A stretch of 62,698 nucleotides of DNA, filler included, from Piptocephalis cylindrospora (GCA_003614145.1; 4 parts of 4 records of this genome joined end to end with filler, not necessarily neighbours in it), one strand, 5' to 3'. Positions 1 through 15,619 are shown, counted from the whole stretch's first letter. Numbers and translations: made by a program. Notes: a model not told the origin generated them from the sequence alone.

Positions 1-3000
1 ATGCGCATAGGATGAAAGGGGATAACAGCGAGGGAGAGGGGGCGGGGGGGGGGGGGGGGAGGGGGGCGGAGGCCCACGGACGGGCGGGGGGTTGAATCCA
101 AGGGGTTTTGGGGTGGAGAGGGGCCGGAAGGGGGTTGAGAAAGGAGGGAAAATGGAAGCCTCGGCCTCACTCAGGGCAATCCCTGCGTGAGCAGCTCGTA
201 GAGCCCCGCAATCATTTCCTCCATCCCCACACATTGCGGTCACAGACTTCTCCATGTGGAGACGTACACAAGAGACCTTGGCGTCCGGGGACATCCGGGA
301 AAAGATGCGGGTAAATCGCAATAGGCCTCGCATCCTCCCTTGGTTGACCAAAAGAGTAAATGCCTTTCCTGTCACAGCCAGCTCAATACATGGATCCGAC
401 TGGGTAAGATCCTCAATGGATTGGGTGAGGGGGTTTTCCGACACATCCCCTTCTCCATTGACCTCACGCCACTGGATGGAGTGGGAGGAGAAGGAGTGAG
501 ATGTATGGGTAAGGGAATCTTTAGCCTCCAGATCAACATCACCGAGGAAAATACGTCTACCACCCTCAACCATGCCACACTTCCTGGCAATGTGAACGCC
601 GGTCAAAGCATGATCTCCGGTAATCATGACAGGACGAATGGCTCCTGCCTTGAGTTCACCAATGGCCTCGGTGGTATCGGATTTAAGGGAATTCCGGAAG
701 AGGATGAGACCAAGGAAATGGACATTCTGCTCCATTTGATCCCGATCCCACAATCGAACTTCCTCCTCTCCAGCCTCCTTATAGGCCAAAGCTAAGACGT
801 AGTAGCCCTGGGAGGCAAGATGGTCGGTGACTTGGTCAAAGTCTTCTGGAAGGGAGGAAGGAAGGACCATGTCCTTCACCTTCTCAAAGGCCCCTTTGAC
901 GTAGACACCGACACGACCGGTATCCTGATGAGGATCCCGAAGAGCTACGCTCATAGAGGCACGAGCATGGATGAATTGGAATCTCCGAACAATTTCAAGA
1001 GTGGTGGATCCATCGGATGAGGTCATCTCATCCAGGACGCCAGAAGCCTGGGGCGCCTTAGCCAAATGGAACCCTGAAGCACGGAATTGCTCCATGTCTA
1101 CGGGGTTTCCAATCACTTCCACCTCATCTTCCTCCACTTCGACTTGAGTGACACCATGGCAACCACCAAGACCCATTCTCATTGTCCTGTTCATCTGAGG
1201 CACTCGATCTTCTTGTTCCTTCCAGACAGGGCCTGAGTTCATCCCCTCATCCTTAGCACTTGAAACCTCCATGACTCCGACAAAGTCCAGACCTTCTTTA
1301 GTCAGTGTGCCGGTCTTGTCAAAGCAAAAAGTCCTGACCTTGCCGGCAAGCATGATACGGGGAAGGTGAATGCATTGGATTTTCTGGGCCTTGAGACGAG
1401 CGGCGGCGACGGATTGCCCAACAACCAGAGCAGCCGGGAGTAGGGGGCTCATGATCTCAGAGATGATGAAGATACCGTAGAACCAACTGGTGATGTCACC
1501 TCGACCCATAAGCCAGATGGTAAGACCAAAGGCAACAATACCCCACATAAGCAGGAGGATGATGACGCCCCGAAGGTGCTCATCAAATGTAAAGATAACA
1601 CGGGTGGGGAAGAGAATCTGCTTGACGAGGGCTCCCTTGTCGGTGGAGGTACCAGTGTGGGTGACGACGGCTTCAGTGTCCTCCTTGGCCTCAAGAATAC
1701 GAGTGCCGCTAAACAGGGTTACAGCCTTCCCTGTCCCCTCCTCCTTACAGTAAGGGGTGGGGTCCTTGGGGGTGACGGCGACCTTGCGAATTGGCATGGC
1801 CTCCCCTGTCAGGTTGCTCTCGTCGACTACGCAGTCGCTCCGGACCAGAACAGCATCACATGGGATATTCATGTCGCGGACGACGCGGATAACGTCCCCA
1901 GGAACCAGGTAAGCCGTGTCGATCTGAGACCATTGGCCCTCTCGACGAACGGCACAAGTACCACGGAATTCTGCGAGAGACTTGACTTTCTTTTCGGATT
2001 TACGGCGCAAAACAACCTTTACAATGGCTGAGACGGAGATGACGACGATCTGGACAAGGGCCATGTAATAGTAGTTGAAATAGAGCCAAACCCAGAGACA
2101 CATCATCTGGTAAAGATAGAAAAAGGCTGTGAACTCTTGCTTCAGGGCCTGGATGAATCCAGGGACCCTAACGGAGATAAAGTTGGGGCCCAGCAGATCC
2201 AGTAATTCCTTGGCTGATGCCTCTCCGAGACCCTTCCCTTGACCTCGATCGTAGAATTCTCCATGAGTTCCACCCACGGGAGCGGACCAAGGAGCAAATT
2301 GACCTGCGGAAAAGACATATCGAACACACCGGAACTCAAAATACCTTTGGCCAGAGGAGGTGTGCCTGACAGGCATGTTTTCCACAACTTTGTCCATCCT
2401 GTTGAGAAAGGGAGGGAGGGGGGAGAGGTGATATGAGTATGGGAGGATAAAAACATATTTTTCCCCAAAATATATACGGATAAACCTACCCAAGATAGTG
2501 AGAAACGTGGTCTTGATAACGACGAATGAAGCGTAACCACCGGATGCCCCCATGACCACTCTCCTCCTCATCCATGACAATGGCATCCTCCATCTCGGAC
2601 TCGATTTTGACGACATGGGCAGTGGCCAGGGGGGAGCAAAGGCGAAAGTAATTATCAATGTGAGGGGATGTGATGTTGATGACAAGGAGGAATGCAGAGA
2701 CAAAGTGCCAGCACACAACAAAGACCTTGGAGCTCTGAGGGGAGGAGTTGAGGAGACCAAAGGCGGTGCCATGCACGAGAAATCCATAGTAATCCAGGAC
2801 AATAAGAAGGAGAACGACGACAGAGGCTACAGAGGTGAGATTGACGGTGCGATGAACAATAGCCCCTGGCCAGGATCGACGATAGCCGAGAACCTCCATG
2901 CGATCCTGACCATACCCTGCTGGGGGCAAGGATTTGTCATGGAGCATGACTTCGGAGCGCTGTCGACGCTTCTCCACAAAAGACTTATAGGCATGCCATA

Positions 3001-3580
3001 GGGCTACAAGGAGGATTTGGCCACAGACCCAGCCGTACAAGGCGAGAAAGAAAGGTTCTTTGTAGGTGAGGGCCACCTCTGGGGGTTCTGCGCACTCCAG
3101 CCATCCGGGACGGCCTGCGGTCGGGGAAGAGAGGGAGGGGGAGGGACCTTCCCAGACCGAGGTAATATTGGAAGAGAGAGATTGACCGCAAGCAGCGGCA
3201 GTCTGAGGAATCAATTGGCCCGGGATAACCCCAGGTAGGTCAACGATGTGACCGGGAAGACAGGGGAGTAAAGAAGAGGGGGAACCAGTGGCACAATCAC
3301 ACGGGTTAGCTTCATTAGCCGGACATGCATCTTTGCACTGACCATCCAAGCACAGGGTCTGTCCTGTGGGACAAGTGGCAGGAGGCCGAATGGATTCGGG
3401 GCATGCGGAGAGACTGAACACGCAGAGCAGGGGACACGCGACACCTCGACTTGGGATAAGTGGGCAAGTATTACCATTTAGGTCCAGATGATTGACAGAG
3501 TGGAACACGGGAAGACCATGGGAAAATCCAGTGAGGAAGGCTAAAAATCCTAGTAGAGCAAGTGATGCCCACGGCGCCAT
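1..3580 (-). CDS. P5-type ATPase (ATP13A/Ypk9-like), N-terminal ~3/4: signal peptide, Cys-rich domain, TM, A/P/N domains
   Basis: Minus strand reads FCFDKTGTLT (~1297-1329), DESNLTGEAMPIRK (~1785-1830), TM4 MSPLLPAAL and MCGDGGNDCGALRAAHAGIALSEAEAS (~155-235). Intron 2399-2489. Sequence 1-150 is G-run-degraded. Confidence 0.9.
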
Positions 3581-3783
3581 GAAGGAGAAGGATTAGAAAG
3601 GAAGGAATGAAGAAAAAAGGAGGGGAAGGGGAGGGAGGGAGAAAGAGGAGAGAATGGGAGGAGAGGAGGTGAAGTGAACGTTGGGAGACGCGTATCAAGA
3701 ACTGGGAGGGTATAGCTGTGAAAGGGACGAGAGGAGAGGATCCAGGGGAAGAGAGAGGATGAGGGGGCCCAGAGGGAGTTTAG

Positions 3784-4627
3784 GACCACTTCCCTCGCCG
3801 GGTACAAGTTCCTCATCCTTTACGGTGAAACTATGGCCTCTCTCGAACTTTTCCAGTATTACTTTTCTGTCGTCGTTGCTCAGTGGTCTTGGATCCTCAT
3901 TGACTCGGTTGTCACCGTTGGACTCAGTTGGGCCCTTACCATGGCCCAGCCTGCCAAGACCCTGGCTCCTAGTAGACCCACTGCCCGACTCCTGGGGCCC
4001 GAGACTCTGTGGTCGGCTGGTGGTCAAATTGCCTTGAACTTTGCCTTCCTCTCTGGCGGCTTTGGTATCTTGTACCGACAGTCATGGTTTAGGTGTCGAG
4101 AGTTCGATGCCTCCGCCGTCGACACGGCCAGGTGGTGGCTTCTCGGGGATAGTTATGAGGCCGAGGTCATCGCCATCATTTGTCTCTTCCAATTCATCAA
4201 TGCTGCTGCCACTTTCAATTTTGGTCATCGTTATCGCCGTGCTTGGTGGAGGAACTGGACCCTCGTCCTCTACTGGGCCTCCCTCATGACCTTGGTCAGC
4301 TGGATGTGTCTGGCCGACCCCAATCGTGTCGGCTGCTTTTTCCGTCTCAATTGCGGCACCGCTTCTGTTCTCACTAACGAGCTCGGGTATCCCCAGCCCA
4401 ACTGGTCCATCTCCTCGTACAACTCGCCCCTTGGCCACAATGTCATGCCAACGTCCTTCCGGTGGCTCCTTTGGGCTTGGTGCATGCTCAATGCCATCCT
4501 CGCCATCCTCTGGGAGCGCATGGTCATCGTTGGCCCCGTCCGTCAGTGGATTATCCGACACAAGGCTAAGGACGAGGCTGAGGAAGAGATGGTTAGGTTG
4601 GAGGGGAAGGAAGGCAAGATGCTGTGA
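3784..4627 (+). CDS. C-terminal part (TM5-TM10) of the same P5-type ATPase, in opposite orientation
   Basis: Frame begins TTSLAGYKFLILYGETMASLELFQYYFS...LAPSRPTARLLG, the segment that follows the P domain in P5 ATPases. Preceded by AG at 3782-3783. Confidence 0.85.
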
Positions 4628-4801
4628 TCTGTCTTTACTGTTGGTATCACACCATTGCCCATTTCTCTTGTCCATCGTTTAGTATCAGTTTAATGGATGC
4701 TCACTTTCTTTTCCGTCCATGTCATGCCATCTCGATCACGTCATAGCAAGAAGAAAAATCATTTATTTCCCATCCCCCTTACTCACGTCCTCATCCACAT
4801 C

Positions 4802-5287
4802 CTAGGAGTCCTCACCCCAGGCATTCTCCCGCTTGACCCGTTCTTCCTCCTCGGGGGTAAAGTCGTTGACAATGCCAAAGGTCTCTCGGATCTGCTCGGG
4901 GGTCTTGCCCTTGATCTGGCTCGCAATCACCTTGCAGCCGAGTTCGAGTAGAGACCGGATATCGAGGTAGTTGGCCGCGAGGATCAGCTCAAAGATCACC
5001 TCTTGCTTGCTACCAATAAAGTCCCGGTCCCACGGCTCAATCTCCTCGTTGACCCTCGGTTGTGAGTAGTCGTCCTCGGCCTCTTCCGCATCCACCGCGG
5101 CATCGTCCTTGTGATGTTCACAGTATTCCAGGACCCGTTTTAGCACAGGCCCCGTCACATTGGGGAGGGGGATGGCCTGGTCATATCCCCCTACGTCTTC
5201 CAGTAAATTCTTGGTCAGGATGGACCTTTCCGCTACCTTTCTCTCCACTTCAAACGTTTGATTGTCTGAACTGGTAAGCTTGACCAT
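4802..5287 (-). CDS. SKP1: SCF ubiquitin ligase adaptor Skp1 (intronless)
   Basis: MVKLTSSD...IPLPNVTGPVLKRVLEYCEHH...FELILAANYLDI...IKGKTPEQIRETFGIVNDFTPEEE...ENAW. Confidence 0.96.
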   Translation of the reverse strand: MVKLTSSDNQTFEVERKVAERSILTKNLLEDVGGYDQAIPLPNVTGPVLKRVLEYCEHHKDDAAVDAEEAEDDYSQPRVNEEIEPWDRDFIGSKQEVIFELILAANYLDIRSLLELGCKVIASQIKGKTPEQIRETFGIVNDFTPEEEERVKRENAWGEDS

Positions 5288-5800
5288 GATAGGGGGATGT
5301 TATTGTCGAGAGGAGGAGGGAAGGTGGGTGGACGGGGAGAAGGGTGGGGAGAAGAAGAAGGGGGGTGGGCTGACGTGGGGTGATGGGTTTTCGCTCCGCG
5401 CGCATGTCCCCTTAAGTATGTGTGCACAAGCATGGGCTGTTGTTGCTAGAAATGTGAGTCAGGCAGGGTGGGGGGAAACATTGAAAAGTGCTTTCCTGGT
5501 CGTCAGGGGAGAAGGAATAGTATGATGTGATGGGCGAGGCCAAGATACCAGCTGTAATATCTTTGAGCGTCTTGATCCTTCAAACCTGGACAGATGGAAT
5601 GAAAACTGCTGATCGCTCGGATCACTGGCATTTCCATGGTATCCTGGTTCTTTGATCCGTCAGGCCTGTCCTCAACACGCTCTGCATTTACCTAATGGAT
5701 GATCCTTTGGAGAGATAATCCAAGCATCATACTCTAATCCCTTCAAAAGCCCTTTCAGTAGAGAAATAAACGAAAAAAAATGTACAGTCCATTCTAGACA

Positions 5801-7191
5801 TCACGCACCAAGGATATCCGCCAACATCTCCTCCATTTGCAACTTGACCATTGCCGATCCACCTCGCGCTCCTTGAGATTCCTGGGAGGAGGGCGTGGAT
5901 GCTGTGGATGCTGTGGGTAAAGGGGAAACCCCAATCCTGGAAAGGCCGGGTATGGGCTCGACAAAAGCATGTGGAGCCATCTCCGCCACCAAGTCGAATG
6001 CCCGTTCATCCACCAATACACTATCCTTCTCCACCGTGTCTCCCGGTGATGTAGCCGTCAGCTTGCTGGAACAGTGCTCCAGCAGCGTTTTCAGATGAGC
6101 CTATCCAAGCGCGATCATCAAGAGCAGAACATAGGGGGGTGGGGGGGGTGGGGGGTAGGATGACTCGTCAGCTTTAGTACACATATACATCTATGAGAGC
6201 CTTACCTCAAGGGCCTTGGAAAGGAAATCAGCCACATCTGGGGCCACGCCCCGGGAAAGTCCATGCTCCGAAGTGATCGCGCGTAGCCGGGTCCTGAGCG
6301 CCTCAGTCGCTGGCAACACCCCGGCATCCTGGGCCAAAGGAGTAAACATCCCAGGAACCGCATCTGGGGTCATCCCTATTCGACAGGAAAGGATTAAATA
6401 AATTCAACCTTCTTCAAGCCATCTAGCTACTTACACATGGGGATAAATTCTTCGTCCCGATCCAATACCGATTCAACAGGTCGGGTAGGGGCAGTAGGCC
6501 ATTGGGAAACCTTGCGTTGAACGCGCTTCTTCCGTAGCATGGCCTTTAGCCGGTCTCTTTCGGCCTTGGGAAGACCCAGTACCTGCTTCTTGAGCATCCG
6601 GCGTCGGACATCTGTTCCGCGCAGTGAATCTCCAGTTGGTCGGAGCTTCCCATCTTTCCCCACCACCAGGCCTTTTGCATGGGCTGCGCCCAAAGCCTCG
6701 GCCTCTTTACTCCCTGCTCCCCCCACCACCATCATCCCATTAAGTCCAGTCTGACCGGGGACCAAGGAACTATCGATTGGCAGAGTCCCTGAGGCCTGGA
6801 CACTTCCAAGGGCCTTGCTCGTCCCCTGAGTCCCCTCCACGGAAGCAAGCAGTTTATAGTCCGGATCCGGAAGATGGGCATTATGAAGAATGTTGAGAAC
6901 AAAATCATTATGGCGATGTACTATGAATGAACGGTGAGGTGTACTTTAGTGAGTACATCGTCATCCCCCTATCCTTCTCCCCCCCCCTCCCCCCCACGTA
7001 CATTGTGCTGAGGTGGGAAAGTGCTCCTTCACAAAGGAGGCGAGCTCCGTCCTTGGCCTCTTAGCCGTCAGAAAACCGGCTAGAAGGTCAAAATATCGTG
7101 GTCCGTGCGTAGGTCCTAGGAAGGCCAGGAGCCGTTCCTTTTGCTGTACGGTGTCTCGGAATTCAGGATTCTTTTCTTCCCCTGGTGTCAT
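5801..7191 (-). CDS. SAGA complex subunit Ada1/Hfi1-like (4 exons)
   Basis: Exons give RYFDLLAGFLTAKRPRTEL...HNDFVLNILHNA and histone-fold LRTRLRAITSEHGLSRGVAPDVADFLSKALE|AHLKTLLEHC, the SAGA-Tad1 pattern. Confidence 0.75.
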
Positions 7192-7526
7192 TATACTCTG
7201 AGGTGCGGAGGGTGAATAGGGAAGGGGTAGATAAGGAAAAAATGGAGAAGACACAGTATAAAGGATGAGGAGAAGATGGGTTGTTTTGGTGGGAGAGAAG
7301 GCAAGAGGCGGGATGAGAAGATCAAGCAAAGAGACACACAGTGGAAAAGGCCCACAACACGCCAATACAGCCTTTGCTTGAGTAGCCAGTCCCTAGCCTT
7401 ATTACCCCCCTCTCATCAAGGGAATCGCGGAGCTTGGGTCCAGAAATTCGATGCGAGTGGAGGTGATTTCTTTCAACCCAAAGGTTTTTGTGAGGCAACG
7501 GCCTTCGTGAGCTCCCTCCCTCCTTT

Positions 7527-7610
7527 CTCTTTACTACCTGCTCCTTCCTCTTTACTACCTGCTCCTTCCTCTTTACTACCTGCTCCTTCCTCTTTACCAC
7601 CCGCTCCCTC
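7527..7610. repeat. 21-bp tandem repeat x4 (ctctttactacctgctccttc) between the divergent ADA1-like and COY1 genes
   Basis: Units at 7527, 7548, 7569 and 7590, the last degenerate. Confidence 0.95.
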
Positions 7611-7732
7611 CTCTCGGTCACTGAATCCCATCTCCTAGCTCCACCCATCCTTTATTGAGCCCACGAACACCACGACCTGCCTTTTCTTGGTCACCTATAT
7701 CCTATATTCGTCCGCAAATCTACTGAGCATCC

Positions 7733-10700
7733 ATGGCGTCCAATCTCCTCGATGCTGCCTTGGAGCGATGGAAAGGTAAGTTCAGTTCAGAAAGATGAGG
7801 TGCACATGCCATGTACATGCCCTTATCACTTTTCCTCATACACGTGAAATAGAGGTGGATTTCAATGCTTTGCAGAGCCAACTTGAATCTCAGAGCGAGG
7901 ACATTCTCAAAATTCAGGGGTCTTCCACGGCCTCCCGGAAGGCCTTGGCCGAAAAAACAAAAGGTATATTAATGAAAAGGACATCTATCCTATTTATACT
8001 TATCATTCTCCCGGTAGAATTTCGCAAGGTCTCGGATGAAGAGAAGCTCTCCAGTCTCAAGAGCCTCCTTAAGAGCTATCAGCAGGAGATTGATCAATTG
8101 ACCAAACGATCCAAGTCCTCCGAATCCATTTTACTGGATACATTCCATCGACTGGGGGATATCCCCGATCCTATGCCCATCCTGGGGGATGCTAAGGTAC
8201 GAGTTGTGAAGCGATGTGAAGAGAACATCATTCAAGCGCGTCTCATTGCTTCCGATACACCCTTTAACACCGGTTCATTGTGTAGCTTTATGCCCAAGAG
8301 AAGGAAAGATCTCGGGAGTTAGAGGAGGGTAACGAAGCCTTGACCCTGCAATGCAAGGAGATACAGGAGGAGCTATCTAAGAAGCTGACCGAGGAAGGGG
8401 AAGTACGAAAGTTAAAAAAGACCCTTAAGAAATTGGAGGATGAGGTATGGTCTATCGATAAATGAGTGGACAAACATGTATTTTACTGACTTCATCTTTT
8501 TTGTAGATGGAAGAAAGGGTAAAGACCCAGGTAGGCGCAAAGGAGGCTGATATTTTGGAAAAAGCAGAGCTTAGAGTTCAGCAAGCTAAGAGCAGGTATG
8601 TTTCATGCCTGCCAATACACACACTATACTCAATAACGTCTCAATGCTTTGCTCATCCATCCAGGGAAGAAGCTCTGGAGAAACAGTTGGACCAGGTTAG
8701 ACAGGATATGCTGGCATCCAAGAGAACTGCAGATGCCCTGCAAGCCCGTCTTCTCTCGTCTTCTTCTCCTCATGGGGGCGAAAGAGCTACACCAACAAAC
8801 TCCTCTTCCTCTTCCCCTGCCATATCCAGCGTTCCAGTGCAAGAGAGTAGGTCAGGGGATGGATCTGCTACAGGAGAGGCCAATTATCTAGTCAGAGAGC
8901 TAGAAAAGGCCAACATCCGTATCCTTGAGCTAGAGAAGGAAGTCAAGGTAAATGAAAAAGGGGATGTGATGGGTTCAAGATTCTTTGGATCAGCAGAATC
9001 ATTTCCTTATTTACTCCCCCATTTCATCAGAATAACCTTGGGCCTAATACTTCAGGTGGAAAAAATGAAGATTTAATCAAAAAGTAAATTATTTACCCTA
9101 GATGGACATGCTCTTTTGTACTGACTATCTCAAAATTCCCCTCAATCTCTTACCGTCAATGAATCATGGAATAGGCTAGAGGAACGGGATCAGCGGATTA
9201 CCCAGCTAGAGGTGAGAAGAGGAGGGTAAATGCCTCTATGCAAATGACTTATACGTTTATTCCGGGTATTTTTAGGTGGAGTTACTTTCCTTACGCAATA
9301 AAATTTCCGAGTCTGGTTCGGAATCTACTTCTCGACTCCATCCGAAGCATATTTTGGGAAAGCCGCAAAATGATCCACTGGGTCTGGTCTCTACTGTAAG
9401 CCCCCACTCATTTACTCTAGCCTTATGTTTCCTCTAACCATTCGATCCTTCTTATTCTGCTACGTAGGAACAAAAAATTCAGGAATTAACCAAAAAATTG
9501 GAGGATCAATCGGATTACCATGTTATTCGACAGGAATGGACCATGTTACGATCCATGGAATTCTCCGATCAGGACATCTCTAATGGACCCTCGGCCAACG
9601 AGGAGGCATCTGGAGGAAATGAATCACTGGAAGTATTGATTCTCCGGAAGAATCGTCGGCTGGAACGGGAGATGTCAGCTCTCAGGGTAAGGATGTCTGG
9701 TGGATTATCAAAATAGGATCTGGGAGAGCACATCCAAATTATAACCTCTATGTATATACATATAGTCCAAGATGCAGGAGGAGCAAGGAGAGAGTACGAA
9801 GACCAAGGAAGCGTTGAAAGGTACCTTAACTCAGCTAGAGAAATATCAACGGATAGTGGAAAAGCTGGAAGAGGATGTAGATCAACTTCAAGCTCCCTCC
9901 AACACCCGTTTCTTACTCGACGCCCCCACCTCTACTCGGTTTTTAGATGGGGTAAGAGCAATTTTTATCATTCTTGCTATGAAACCATCTTTACAATTGA
10001 TACATTCATCTAACCCTCTTTCTACCTAACCCTCTTTCTACCTAACCCTCTTTTTACCTAACCCTCTTTTTACCTAGTTGGATGCCAAGGGTGCTGCTAG
10101 TGGGGTCACCTCTGCAAGCACCACCCGATCATCCTCTCCCTCCATCTCACATCCTCACTCTCCCTTACCTCCTATGGGTGGACCTACCGGGGGAGGAGAG
10201 GCCTCTCTGATCCCCATCCTCAAGGGGCAAAGGGATCGATTCAAGGCCCGCAACGTTGATTTGGAATGGGTGAGTCTTCCCGATGAAACTGGCTAGGATT
10301 TATCAGTATTTTTTAATGGGACAAGCGAGGGTACATTTAACGTCCTATCTTGATCCTGATGCCCTTGTATTAACTCCATCACCCCATTCAATGTTATAGC
10401 AAATGAAAAAATCTCAACAGCAGATCCAGGATTTAGAGAGCCGACTCTCCTCTTTGCATGCTGATAATGTTCAGTTGTACGAGCGTCTCCGATTCCATCA
10501 AGAATCTGCTGCTCCGTCCCGTGCTGAGGATCATCCAATACATGAGGTATGTGTTTATTCCAATCCTCGTCCCTACATCTTCATTCTCATCTTTCCGCCC
10601 CCATTCATCTAGCCTTCTCCTTGGACAAGTATCCATATGGACACGAGGGGGGAGGAAAACCAGGGTATGGTTCATCGTACTCCTAAGATCTCAACACCCA

Positions 10701-10993
10701 TGGCCCATGTGGATCATGTAACTGGTCAAGCCGTGGCAGATAGATACAAAAAGGCTTATGAGGACCGTCTAGATCCCTTTGCCCACTTTCATCGTCAGGA
10801 GGCCGAAAGGGTTCGTCGTGCTCTTAACCCTGTCGATCGTCTCCTCCTCACTATGGCTCGGCTCCTACTCGGTACTCGTCTAACTCGGCTCTTGTTCCTC
10901 GCCTATGTCTCTATTCTCCATCTCCTTGTCCTTGCTTCCCTCTTCCAGGCTTCTTCAGATAATCTTGAGCCATTGCCTGGTCCAGTACATTAA
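7733..10993 (+). CDS. COY1: Golgin CASP/Coy1 (multi-exon)
   Basis: N-terminal RKALAEKTKEFRK...LLKSYQQEIDQLTKRSK...PDP. C-terminal ILKGQRDRFKARN, DNVQLYERLRF, YEDRLDPFAHF and a TM with the conserved Y/H (AYVSILHLLV). Confidence 0.92.
10010..10073 (+). repeat. 16-bp tandem repeat x4 (ctaaccctctttYtac) at the 3' end of a COY1 intron
   Basis: Units at 10010, 10026, 10042 and 10058, followed by the ctag acceptor at 10074-10077. Confidence 0.95.
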
Positions 10994-11228
10994 GAATTGG
11001 TAAATGGCAGAGAGAGAGATCATTTGTTCATGTTTGTTGATCAATACAAGTAGAAAATGGGTTTATTCCTCAGAGGCAGTGGGCGTTGAGAATGATAATA
11101 GATGCAACGACGATGGATAGAAAATCATGTCATGTCTCTTGCTTTATTACTCTCCCCATCAACCAACACGGTATCCTCATTTCCCTAGCACACACAACCT
11201 CCACCATCAAGCCTATGGCAATAGACCC

Positions 11229-14012
<2,784 letters not shown>

Positions 14013-14196
14013 TTAACTTTGAGAGAGGTAAGTTGGAGAGGGGCACAGGGGTGCGTTGGAGGAAAAGGAAGAGGAAAGAGAAGTTTGAGTCCTTGTGTTG
14101 TGGTGTGTGTGCAATTCTATAGTGATAAGGGGGCAAAGGATGACGGTGTGGGCCAGCGGCCTACAGCAACCGCCAAATCTTGGCTGTTGAAATAAT

Positions 14197-15119
14197 GGGA
14201 TAATATCAGAAATGCCCTTATTCTCTGTGGTATTTCAGAAATGCCACAATTCACGGATAACATCAGAAATGCCCCCCTCGTTTATGCCTGATGATACCAA
14301 GAATGCCCCTCTGTTACTTCAATTGTCGGGTGTGCTCCCCTCCCCACAGCGCCACCGCCTTACACTTTGCCTAAGGGGCGCAGCGGTATTTCTCACCTGC
14401 CCCTCCGCCTCTCATCTCAGGAGGGTAGAGAGAAATAAGAAGAGGGGCATCCTAGAAAAGGCGCGCTCTACAACTATCATCATATTTATCTCAAAGTGTA
14501 CGTTGGAGATACCAATATGACCGCTGGATAGGAATGATTTCTCGTCCTAGACAGTATGAGACACAAGTAGGGCGCACCATGCTTGCCTTCTATCCTTTGC
14601 CTCACTCCCATCCATGGCCCACCATTCTGCTCATATGCATGCTAATGCCAGCGGCAAGGCTTTAATAGTATCATTTTAATATAGTATAATATATGTTGAA
14701 TACTTGTCATTGCCACGCATCATTATCCCCATTAAAGAGCTGTATTTAACGGCCTTGTTGCCACCGTGTTGGATGCCCCTCTGCCTATCCCACTGAGGAA
14801 AATAAAGTGATTTCATCATCATCATCACCATCGTCATAAAAACATTATCTTAAAACGTTATATCTGTCCTGTCATTCTTAGTAGCAATAATGAAATGGTG
14901 TACTTGATAAAATAAGTCATAGTCGGTGGAGGCAAGGGTAAAGTATCAGTATGATAGGGCGAGAAGAGGGGGAAGGGAAAGTAGATCCGACAATTGTAGC
15001 AACAGAGGGGCACTCTTGGTATCATCAGGCATAAACGAGGGGGGCATTTCTGATGTTATCCGTGAATTGTGGCATTTCTGAAATACCACAGAGAATAAGG
15101 GCATTTCTGATATCATCTC
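14197..15119. mobile_element. Non-autonomous TIR element (MITE, Mutator-like ends), ~920 bp
   Basis: 14197-~14329 is the near-perfect reverse complement of ~14987-15119. Each arm has three tcagaaatgcc subrepeats. No coding capacity and no clear TSD. Confidence 0.85.
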
Positions 15120-15619
15120 AAAGATATATCAACACAGTCTGAAATCCCTATTTCCTCTCTGAATAGCACCAAAGGAAGATCCGAGTGATTAGGTACGAGG
15201 CGTGAAAGATAAGGTATTTACCCGAATCTAGGAAAAGGTTTACGAAGTTCATGAAAGCGTTGCTAGTATCATAATGTAGAGTGGGATGTAAACATAGACA
15301 TGTTAATCTAGCTGAGCAGGTAAGAGAGGACTAGCGGGGGAGTGGCTAGGCTAGGAAGCTCAACAGAAAGATGATAAGCTCAAGAGAAGGAAAGGGCGGA
15401 AAAGAGCACGAAACGTGATGGCCTTTCCCTTAGGAAGCTCTGCTCTAGGTACCCTGTAGCGCATTATCTTGCTCCATACCCTCACGCAGATCTATTCTCT
15501 TCCGGACTTGCTGAGCGAGCCGATTGGTTCAGCCTCTCGAAACAATTTTATTCTTGAAATTCTCCCCCCCCCCCCTTCTTCTGGTGGGCATTCATTGGAT
15601 CCACCCTCTCATCGACTCT

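Noticed and set aside
1..150. G-quadruplex or poly-G element
   Set aside because: Reads as base-call-degraded ATPase exon and intron sequence next to a homopolymer at the contig end.
4802..5287. SKP1 as a retrocopy because it lacks introns
   Set aside because: No poly-A tail or TSD. It has a normal CT-rich leader, and other short genes here are intronless too.
7527..7610. CRISPR-like array
   Set aside because: Contiguous 21-bp units with no spacers in a eukaryotic promoter, so a simple minisatellite. The same applies to 29946-30029 and 10010-10073.
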